NCBI GenBank assembly: GCA_965112735.1
Contig: OZ218958.1
Coordinates: 496,001 to 560,000, forward strand
From: Phaeosaccion multiseriatum
Taxonomy: Eukaryota; Protista; Ochrophyta, other classes
Reading direction: 5' to 3'
Length of the DNA: 64,000 nt
In this document: positions 24,086 through 40,900 of the stretch, piece after piece
How the letters are laid out: the number at the start of each line of letters is the position of its first letter
Position numbering within the stretch: position 1 is the first letter of the stretch
Position numbers and translations under genes: made by a program
Notes under the pieces: model-generated
What the model was told of the DNA's origin: nothing
Database searches by the model: none
Seen by the model: only the letters and a program-made list of their open reading frames with translations

Positions 24086-24238
24086 TGTTGGGATATCTCC
24101 CTCCTGGAGACTGGTGTCGTACTTGCACGAGTGTGGGAAAGCGTCTTATTAGCTACATAACACTAAAAGAAGAAGTGAACGGACTTGTACCAGCGATATG
24201 AGATCGATATCTAGTGTCGACATCGATTTATCTCAACA
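24086..24238 (-). repeat. 5' LTR
   Basis: Identical to 21040-21192. Confidence 0.97.
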
Positions 24239-24489
24239 AGGGAAGGAAACCAATGGGAACCAATCACAATCCAAAAACATCTCCTCCTCTCTTTCTTTTT
24301 AAGACTTTTTACCACCATCAAGTGAGTGCTGCACTGCAGGGAAGAGGAGGAGGGGCGGCAGGGAGGAAGGCGAGCAGCGAGGAAGAAGGATCAAGTGGTC
24401 TATTATTTTTGTGAAGCGATTTGCATTCCCCTTCTCACCCCGTCCTCCCGTTTCCCCACCCTACCCCTTTCTTCTCTTCTCTCCGCAGC

Positions 24490-25143
24490 ATGAAGACCGC
24501 CTGCATCGCCGCCATGGCCACCCTCGGGTGCGCCTCCGCCTTCGTGGCACCCACCGCCTTCACCGGCAGCGCGGTTGCCAAGGCCCCCAAGAGCTCCAGC
24601 AGCATGAAGATGGCCTTCGAGGACGCCGAGGGAGCACAGGCCCCTCTGGGATTCTTCGACCCCCTCGGACTCCTGAACGACGCCGACCAGGAGCGATTCG
24701 ACCGACTCCGATACGTCGAGGTGAAGCACGGACGCATCTCCATGCTTGCCATCGCTGGTCACCTTGTGCAGCAGAACGTGCGCCTGCCCGGATACCTGTC
24801 CATCTCCGAGAACATTAAGTTCACGGACGTGCCCAACGGCCTGGCAGCCTTCTCTAAGATCCCCGCCGCCGGTATTGCCCAGCTGGTTGCCTTCATCGGC
24901 ATCCTTGAGCTGGCCGTCATGCAGCAGGTGGAGGGCTCCACCCCCGGTGACATGAACAGGTTCGGAGAGAACTCCACCTGGGCATCGTGGGACGAGGAGA
25001 CCCAGAGCCGCAAGCGCTCCATCGAGCTCAACAACGGCCGCGCCGCACAGATGGGCATCCTCGCCCTCATGGTCCACGAGCAGCTCAACGGACGCCCCTA
25101 CATCATCAACGACATCCTCGGACAGGCCTACACATGGAACTAA
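24490..25143 (+). CDS. Lhcf: LHCF/FCP copy 6
   Basis: Same protein; 5'UTR intron 24322-24488; promoter interrupted by the LTR element. Confidence 0.97.
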   Translation: MKTACIAAMATLGCASAFVAPTAFTGSAVAKAPKSSSSMKMAFEDAEGAQAPLGFFDPLGLLNDADQERFDRLRYVEVKHGRISMLAIAGHLVQQNVRLPGYLSISENIKFTDVPNGLAAFSKIPAAGIAQLVAFIGILELAVMQQVEGSTPGDMNRFGENSTWASWDEETQSRKRSIELNNGRAAQMGILALMVHEQLNGRPYIINDILGQAYTWN

Positions 25144-25356
25144 GGATTTTGTTGTGACGTTGGGACTCAGACACTGGTTATAGCTAGACTTTTTACTTTC
25201 GCTCTCTGAAGGAGACGACTGTCCATATGTAAATAAAGAATATAGGAACGTGCACAACTCGCGACGCCGTACTCGCGTCTACATTTACCACACTCCGGGT
25301 CATCTGCTTCGACTCTTGTATTACAGTTGCGTCTCGATCACGCATTCGTCTGGCTT

Positions 25357-26582
25357 CTAAAAGAGGCGAATGAGGTCTGTATCGTAGGTGCACTGCTCGT
25401 AGCTGAAGCACGCCTCCGCCTGGCACCTCCGTAGACACTCGGACCGGTCTCGGGGAGCCCCACCCGTGGGCTGCTCGCACTGGGACATGCACTGGCTCAC
25501 CGCACGCAGGTACTTGACGTCCTTTTTCGTGCCCTGAGCGCCGCCAAAGAGGCGGAGAGGGGGTGAGTGCGTGAGTGAGCAGGGAAGTGTGTGAGCGAGC
25601 GGCTGAGTCTATGGGCGCGTGCGTGCGTGAGTGAGGTGGGTGAGGGAGCACGTGACAGGCAGAGAGGCAGATGAGAGGCATATGGGGAGGCAGATGAGAG
25701 GCACATGGGGATATATGGGGAGGCTTACAGAGGCATATATACATACAGAGCCAGAGGGATGAGGGTGAGGTTAGCGAACAAGACGAGATTTAGTGAGTAG
25801 GTCAATGAATGTGAGTGAGTGAGTGAGTGAGTGAGAGTGATTTAAGTGGGTAAGTGAGTATGTGAGGGAGGGAGGGAGGGAGGGAGGCAAGGGAGTAAGT
25901 GAGCGGGTGGATTGCTGGGTGGTGAGGGACGGAGAAAGTGGGTTACATGAGACAGGCGAGAGCATGGGGCGACAAGTTGCAGCATGAGCGAATGGTATTG
26001 AGAGTGCCACCCTTCGCCGTCACGTACCGACTTGTCGTCGGACCCCTTGGGCTTGAGGGACTTGCCCGACAGCCACACCGTGCGGCGCTCACTCTCCTTG
26101 CTGGCGCCAGCTGCTGCGGCAGGGGAAGGATACCGCAGCACGGTCGGTCCCGCTACAACCGCTGCCGCTGCTGCAGCTATACAACGCTGCCCCGTCCGCT
26201 TCAAGAAGCCTCGTCGATTTGCGCTGCTACGACCGGTCCTCCTGCTGCTGCTGCTTCTGCTGCTACTTCCCCACTGCAGATCAGCGCTCTCTTGCCGCTG
26301 CTCCTGCGGCTGCTGCCGCCTACTCTGCACCACGGTACTTGCCCGCCTACTCCCTCCAGTGATGCCCCTGCCGCCGCTGCTGCTACTACTACTGCAGCTC
26401 ACGCCGCCACTGGAGCCGGTGTTGCTGCTTGCTCTTCTCCTTTCTGTGGGGATAGTGTTGTTGCTGCCTTGTGCGACCATACTGCAGCAGCTGACGCTTC
26501 TAAAACGGCCTCTACCCAGCATGGGTTCTGTGCCTCTACCCAGCATCGCCGGCCCATGGCACTCAGCACCGCTGCTGCTGCC

Positions 26583-26622
<40 letters not shown>

Positions 26623-26994
26623 CTGATGCTGACGATGAGGGAGCTGCTGCCACTGCCCTGGAACGCGAGTGCACTCTGCTGAGGGACTGAGAGAAGCACC
26701 ACGCAGCAGCCTGTGTAGCGCGGAGACACGGTCAGAGGTCAGATAGCAGACGCCAGACGGCAAGGACGGGGAGAATTGCGTCATCAGTGAGGATGGCGTG
26801 CTGCGCCGTTCGCTGCCGCCCTACGTCTCGACACGCAAGAGCGTGAAGAGGCATCTTAAGTGGAGCAGAGCCACGGCAAAGAAGTAGCTGCAGCAGCAGT
26901 GGCAGCAGCAGAAAAGGAAGAAAACTGGAGGTAAAGCACGCGCGTACTTACATGCACGTCGCAGGACGCCGAGAACAGCGGCAGTGCGCTTCAT
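25357..26994 (-). CDS. Intact 3-exon gene for a predicted thylakoid-lumen (Tat) Cys-rich protein of unknown function, 300 aa
   Basis: Exons 26994-26952, 26710-26028 and 25533-25357 join in frame via GT-AG introns. Signal peptide MKRTAAVLGVLRRACCCVVLLSVPQQSALA|F, twin-arginine NRRGFLK, hydrophobic stretch and PAAAA cleavage-like site. C-terminal VWLSGK..GTKKDVKYLRAVSQCMSQC..CLRRCQAEACFSYEQC. Confidence 0.85.
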
Positions 26995-27380
26995 CTGTCC
27001 TCCACTCCAAGAAATCAAGCTGGGCCAAGCACAGCGAGGTAGCAATTTAGACTCCCCCAACAGAAAGTAAGCACGCCTTCCTCTTTCATTTCCTCCTCGA
27101 TCCTCGATCCGCCGATGAGCTGCCTAAAAGTAATGATAGTCTCCTCTCCTCGCCCCCACGTGTTTGACTTATCAGCCTCGTTTTCTTCCTCCCACACTCT
27201 GCAATTCCCACGTCGTTTCGGTCTGAAGATGGAGGACTAGCAAGTGGCTAACGGATTCGGCGGCGGAATGCATGGAAAGCCAGGGAACCACCGCGTAGTG
27301 CTCTCTCGTTGCTCCTGATCGGTGGAGCATCAAGTTGTGGAGTAGTTTCCCATCAAGCAGCATTATTACCAGCCAACACG

Positions 27381-28590
27381 ATGGCTGAGCCCAAGGGAAG
27401 CGCCCGCTTCACGAGGACGATCACCATCTATCCTCGCTGCTGGCGCGTCTTCATTGTCGGGCTGGTGTCCCTGGTGCTCTACGATGTGTATCTCAAGTAC
27501 ACGCGGGCCTTGCTTCTCGAGCAAGATGACGCCGGTAGTCAGAGCAGCAGCAGCAGCAGCAGTAGCACCGGAGGCGTGAAAGCATTCGCAAACTACGCCA
27601 TCGCCAAGCTCTCCAACGAAGACTACCTATTCGTCCTCCTCCTGCGCTGCTGGGAGGCCCTCCGCACCGCCGTACTGATACCGCCCAACCCCGGCTTCAG
27701 ACAGTGCGAGGCGGACATGGGCTGGGCGGCTTTTGCGAGGCAGACGTGGGATGACATGTCTAGTGAGTACGCTACTCTACTGGCCGTGTCCGTGACGACG
27801 GCGATCGCTGCCGTCCGCTTCCTGCGGCTGCTCTTGGGGACAAGGTACGCCGCCAGCACACCTTCACTTCTCCTTTTCATTTCGTTGGTTGTTCGAGGAA
27901 GAGGACAAAGACGAGGACGAGGAGGATGGAGGAGAGAAGGCGGGGGGCACTCTGTCTTTCTGCCTGCTCTCAAGGGGTGCAATGTACGATCTCTCATCTC
28001 TTTTCTCTTGTGTCTCCTTCTCTTTGCCCCATCCCTTTCAATCCTTGTTTACCTCTGCCTCTCTAACCTTTCCCTTGCCCATGGTCTCACCCCACAGATC
28101 GTACGGTGCAGAGGACCGGGTGTGGGCGACGCTCTTCACGTTGTGGGCGGCGACCATTGCCACTTTTAGCAACTCCTTCTACGGGCTCGACGGGGGCGGT
28201 TACCACGGCTACGAGCTCGCTGGGGAAGACGACGAGGCGGAAACCTTCTCGTCCCTCTTGTGGCACGGCGAATCTAGCCCTGCACAGCCCCTGTTCGTGC
28301 TGATCGTGTTGGACGTCCTCCTGAGCTCTCAGTACAGCCTTGCGGTGGCCGCACCGAGCTTCCTCCTGGCCGCCTTGCCCAGCTTCACAGCGCTCACCTT
28401 TTGGAGGCAGATCTCGTGCAATCTCGACGTACAGGAGTGGGTCCAGCGCAGGGACAAAGGCAGCAATGGGATGTGCAGGGTCGTTCCTTTCGGGATGGAG
28501 GACCTCGCCTTTGAGCACGCTCCAGTGGCTCTGCCTGTCAACTTCGTTGTGGCTGCGATCCTGGTGCTGCTCGTGCTCCCCCGAAGATGA
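27381..28590 (+). CDS. Hypothetical multi-pass membrane protein, 2 exons, ~318 aa
   Basis: Exons 27381-27844 and 28098-28590 join in frame via GTACGC...CCACAG. Several hydrophobic segments. Confidence 0.7.
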
Positions 28591-29833
28591 CAGTCGGTGT
28601 GAAGAGGGTGAGAAGGGTCAGGAGGACGAGGACTGAGGACGAGGCTGAATTAGACGGCCGAGTTGCTCATCGCACCCCCCCCTGGACACAGAGGAGGAAC
28701 CTGCTCGCGTGCGGTGGAGCTGCGAGTCACTTCATTGGGGTGTTCGCTCATCCAACCTCACTCAGCCGCCGCCGCCGCCGCCGCAGCAGCAGCAGCAGCA
28801 GCAGCAGAGAGCAGTGCTCCTTGTCAGCGCGAAACACCCGGAGAGGGAGGGGAGGGGCCCATGCCGCCCGGAGAGAAGACGAAGGTGGAAGGACTCGCTC
28901 GTTCCTAGATGCTTCCTTTTTTCCTAATAAGAACTACAACTACAGAAACCACGCTTTTGACCTTTCCTCTATTGTACAGTCGAGGGCCATGAGGGGGGGG
29001 AGAGTGAAACTCTAAAGAAACTCTAAAGAAACTAACAACAAACAAAAATGAGTAGCAATCCAACCTATCGGCTCCTTCAAAAGCACGGGGCAGGGTGAGA
29101 TGGGGTGAGCACTCATGTACACTGAAGCTCCGATGTCTGCTCTCTGGCCTCGCGGAGGGTGTGACTCGAGATGCCTTGCTTCAAAACCACCCCGTCACTC
29201 CACCACACTACGCAGAAGACAAGCATTGATACTTACAGGCCCACAGCAACACAAAAACCCGACGAAAAGCAAGGAAGGCGCCTACAAAAAGTAGCTGCCA
29301 AATACAAAAACTCACGTCAGTAGCGACCAGAAACAATGCCGGTGGACAAGAGTGAACTGCGGTGACCCGCGTCAGGCGGGTAGATCTTGACAGGCCAACA
29401 GGGCGACAGGGGCATGTGGGCAGGCCGGCAGGTAGGCAGGCACGCGGGCATATGGGTAAGGCTCCAAGGCGGCAGGCAGGAGACGATCGAGCCCCCCTCA
29501 CAACTCGCCCCTCCACCCTGTTCTTGACTGCTGCTCCTCTGCCCTCCTCAACTCCATGCATTCCTCGTGCGTGGGTGCGTGCGTGCGCGAATCGGGCTCT
29601 CTCACTCCTCTGTCTCGCTCCTCTCGCTGCTCCTTGTCTCGAACTCCCATGTAGCTGCTGTATAGCGCCCCTCAATGCGATGGATACCCTCATCCCCCCA
29701 GCAGGGGAGGATCAGGGCCACAAGTTGGGCTCCACCATCAGCCGAGGAGCCTGGCTCTGGTGAGAAGAGGAGAGAGGGGTCTCGGACGGGGGTCCTGCGG
29801 GCTGCTTCCGAACCAAACTTTCCGTTACTTCGT

Positions 29834-36745
<6,912 letters not shown>

Positions 36746-37662
36746 CGCACTGCTTCAGGTCCTGCTGATCTCTCCCTCTTCTACTCCTCGCCCACAGCGG
36801 GTAAAAAGGAAAACGGAGGGGAAAGGCCAAGGGTCCAAAAAGTAATCCTGGTAACGGCTGAAACCGAAACACAACCCCCCACCACACAAGTGGAGCAGTG
36901 CACGTTAGCATAAGGTTGTCAATGAATCCCTGGGTTCCCCACGCACGCACACACGCCCCAACACTCACGCCCCTGAATATCATATGTATATATTATATTA
37001 TGTATCGTCCACATTGACTTGTATCGTCCTTCGCAATTTATACTCGGCCCTTCCGAGCACCAAGCCACCCCCGTAAATTATCTCCTCTGCACGCCCGCAA
37101 ACCGGCCCGACAGAGACAAGACTTGGCTCCCTCCTCCTCCCCACCGCACTCACGGTCCATGGTGAACAGCGCCCCCCGCCTGCCCCCTCCCCATTCATCC
37201 TGCCCTTCATTCATTCACTCTCTCAAAATAAACTTAGCCCTAAAACCCTCTCCGTGTTGCTTTCTGCACCACAGTGCAAAGCAAAGCAACGCCTTCGATA
37301 ACATCGACATATACCCTGTACTGTAGGAGAGCCCTTTCCTCTACTCACCGTGCCGCACGTAAATCGTTATTGCAGCCTTACGTAAGCCTCGGCATTTGTC
37401 TTCCCCTCCCCTTGGGTCGACAACGTCTCTCCACTCTTTTCTAAGACCCCACTTGCAGCAAGAGGTCGTTGCTGTTGTGCTGCTGTTGTTGTTGCTGCTG
37501 CTGCGTCTACTTGCGGTGCCAAAATCGAGTCAGTCACCCGACTCCTCCCAGCTCCCATTAGTTCCCCCCCTTCCATCGCTCCACTCCTCTACGCGGGCGC
37601 GCCCCTGTATCACCAACTGCTGCTGCTGCTGCCGCCGCTTCAAAAGTGTCCCCAAATGGCGA

Positions 37663-37898
37663 TTATTGATTTAAGTAGTCCGACACCACCGCGAGGTACT
37701 CTGCCTTCTTCGTGGGCTGCCCCGAGGGGTCCAGCTTCGGTACCTGCAGATCTCGAGCTTGGCAGAAGGCCTGTGATAAGAGCAAGAGGACAGAGGAGGG
37801 GGGGGGGGCAGGGGGAGGCATCGGGTCAGGGGAGAGAGAACGCGGGACACACCGATCAGAGTGGGCCCACTTCTGTATGTGGCTGATAGAGAGAGAGG

Positions 37899-37952
<54 letters not shown>

Positions 37953-40900
37953 GCGTGTGCCTTGGGACACGCATGTCCTGTACTCGACTCTTGGTGATGG
38001 AAAGAGATACTTCTCATAAGGCCAAGCAAACCACGCCCCCACTCAGACACACAGAGAGCAGCGACTTGCGGGCACAAGCACGACCCCCCAGCCACATACA
38101 TACATCTCTCTCCAGCCACATACATACATCTCTCTCCAGCCACATACACACATCTCTCTCCAGCCACATACATACATCTCTCTCCAGCCACATACATACA
38201 TCTCTCTCCAGCCACATACATACATCTCTCTCCAGCCACATACATACATCTCTCTCCAGCCACATACATACATCTCTCTCCAGCCACATACACACATCTC
38301 TCTCTCCTTCCTTTGTGCCCTCCCTCACCTTGAGCGCTGCCACCGTCTTTCGCGTGAAGCCCGACGCCGAGAGGTCCCTCCATTCATCATCCTCCGACAG
38401 GTTCCCGGGGGGGCTCTTTGCTGCTGCTACTGCTTTTGGCTTCGCTGTAGCCGGGGTCTTCTTCGCCGGCGCTACTGCCTTTGCTGGTGCTGGTGCTGCT
38501 CGCTTTATTGGCGTTGGTTTCGGTGCTGCTGCGGCCTTGGCCTTGGGGGCGGGTGCTGGTTTTGGTGCTGCTGCGGCCTTGGCCTTCGGTGCAGGCGCTT
38601 TCGCCTTGGGGACAGGAGCAGGGGCAGGAGCAGGGGCAGGGGACGGCGCCTTGACTTTGGGGGCAGCCTTCGCCTTCGCCTTTGGCTTTGGCTTCGGTGC
38701 TGGTGCTGGAGCCTTTGCCTTCGGTGCTGGTGCTGGAGCCTTTGCCTTCGGTGCTGGTGCTGGAGCCTTTGGCTTCGGTGCTGGTGATGGAGCCTTTGCC
38801 TTAGGGGCCGGGGCAGAGGCCTTCGCTGTCGGGGCAGGGGCAGAGGCGGGGATGGCAGTGGATGGGGCCTGCTTTGCCTTCGAGGCTGGGGCGGCCTTGG
38901 CGTTTCGCGGTTTGGCGCCTATTGGCTGGGAGCCTAGGCTGGCGATCTGCTCCCATGCCTGGGCAGGGATGGCAGGGGATGGCAGTGGGGGCGAGGAGAG
39001 AGGAGCGGGAGGAACAAAACGGCATCTTAGACAAAAGCATCAGAACGCGTTGATTCTTACCTGGTCGTGACCGGCACACTTACACACAAGGCGAAACACA
39101 CACGGAACCGCCAACAAACCACACAATCAACCAGCAGCAACAGACAACAATTTGCAAGGCCCACACACACAAAAGAAATACACTGACCTCAGCCAAGGCG
39201 TTGGTAAGGCGCTCATTCTCCTTCTCCAGGCGCTTCTTATGCCCCATGCTGTAGCTCAGCTCCTGCCGTTCCCTCTCCATGTACAACAGCCTCTCCGCCA
39301 GCTCTGAGCTGATGTCCATGGCTTCTCTGAGGTCAGCCTTGAGGGCTGCGAGCTCTCCGCTCAGCTTCACCAAGGCAGGGTCCATTGGTGGGGTCGAGGC
39401 CTGTGTGTTTGCGTGTATGCGTGTTGAGAGAGAGTGTGTGTGAGTAAGTGTGCGTATGTGTGTGTGTGTGTGTGCGTGTGGAGCAGCACGCCGGAGGGAG
39501 AGGGGGGGGGGGGGGGAGGAGACGCAAAAAAGAGGCACGTGTGAGTGTGCGTGCGCGTGACCGCAGAGGAGCGAGAAGAGACAGGCATCAATCATGACAA
39601 GGAGAAGGGACCGTTACGTCCGTTACGTCTGTCTGCTGCCATCTGGCTGCTCACCGTGAGAAGCTCCTCACTCACCTCCATGGCCGCCAGGTCGGTCAAG
39701 GCCTGAGTGATAGATAGGGGTGTGTGTGAGAGAGAGTGTGAGTGTGCATGTGTGTATGTGCGTGCGCGTGTGTGTGTGGATCAGCAGAGGGAGGGGGGGA
39801 GGTGGGGAGGGGATGTTATGAGACGTCAGAGGCATGAGAGGGTGTCAGTCAGTCAGTCAGTCAGTCAGTCAGTCAGTCGGAGCCTTCGCACAAGGCACCG
39901 GAGGGGCGTCAGCTGCCCTGCTACCCCCCTCTGTTCCCTGCTGCCTTGCTGCGCTCGCTCTGTGTCACAAACAATGCGTTTCTGAGCGTGGGCATGGAAC
40001 ACGCCTTCACACCCTCCTACTCACCTCCAAGCCACTCGTACTGTCAGTGGTGGTGGTGCTGCTGCTGGGGCTGGCACTGGTGGTGCTGGTGCTGCTGGAG
40101 GTGGTGCTTGCTACTGGCGCTGCTTGCGGGGTGGCTTTGACAGGCTGTGCGGCGGACTTAGGCTTAACCACCTTGGGCTGTGGTTTGGGCTTAGCGACTA
40201 TCTTCGAGACTCCCCAGGGCTGGACAAGAAGCAGGGTGGGAGGGGAGGGGAGGGGAGGGGAGGAAGAGAGGGAGGGTAGAGGAGAGAAAAGTGGGGCGGG
40301 GGTGGAATGTGTTGCTACGTAAGAAAGGGGCGGAGGCGGGGGGGGGGGGGGGGGAAGGATTCACGCTCAGTTCCAGTTTCGCCTGTTTTCAGCGTGTGCT
40401 ACAGCTACACAATCACACGAATGCCGGCAAAAACACACACCCCTCAATAAAGCCGCTCGCTTCGATACGAGGCCAGGCAACTCAAACTCAAACACGACAC
40501 ACCCAACACCAACAACACCCCCCCCCCCCCAAAACCAACACGCACCGACGGCCTGCCTTGCTTGGCCAGCCTTCCTGCCTCCGTGTTGTCAGCAGCGGCG
40601 ATGAGAGATCCCCTGACCACAGGCACCAAGCACAGTCCCACCAGCACCACCTCGGGGCTGACTTCTCGGCCGAAGGTTTCCACGACGAGGTCTGCGAAGG
40701 GCTGCGGCGCTTTGAAGGAGAAGTCCACGTGGGGGATGGGGCCCACGCTGCCAAGCACCTCGTTCTGTGTGTGTGCGTGTGTTTGTGCGTGTGTGTGTGC
40801 GTGTGATTGTGTGTGTGCGCGTGTGTGTGTGCGTGGTGAGGGTGCAGTGAGATGGGTGACGTCAGCGTCGCGGCTCGGGGGGATGGATACCGAAGAAGAA

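Larger units (their letters stand above)
21040..24238 (-). mobile_element. Young non-autonomous Ty1/copia-derived LTR retroelement, 3199 bp
   Basis: Identical 153-bp TG...CA LTRs, 5-bp TSD AGGGA (21035-21039 and 24239-24243), purine tract GGCGAGGAGG next to the 3' LTR, partial RT plus RNase H ORF. Confidence 0.96.
2600..27010 (+). repeat. Tandem segmental repeat array (FCP + passenger gene + spacer), ~4.6-kb unit
   Basis: FCP ATG spacings are 4610, 4563, 4544 and 4701 bp (last one after removing the LTR element and its TSD). Homologous 3'UTR and passenger-gene blocks recur in the units; the spacer block precedes copies 3-6. Confidence 0.93.

Noticed and set aside
1317-25257. Long antisense and alternate-frame ORFs overlapping each FCP gene
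   Set aside because: Shadow ORFs caused by strong GC3 codon bias; ends vary between copies and no motifs are present.
2600-27010. FCP array as an assembly artefact
   Set aside because: Units carry many private substitutions, indels and a TE insertion with TSD, which false duplication would not create.
38088-38305. 24-bp repeat as a CRISPR array
   Set aside because: Units are contiguous with no spacers, in a eukaryotic intron with no cas genes.
37712-39070. 452-aa plus-strand Ala/Gly/Phe-rich ORF
   Set aside because: Antisense shadow of the Pro/Ala/Lys-rich exon, whose splice sites are on the minus strand.
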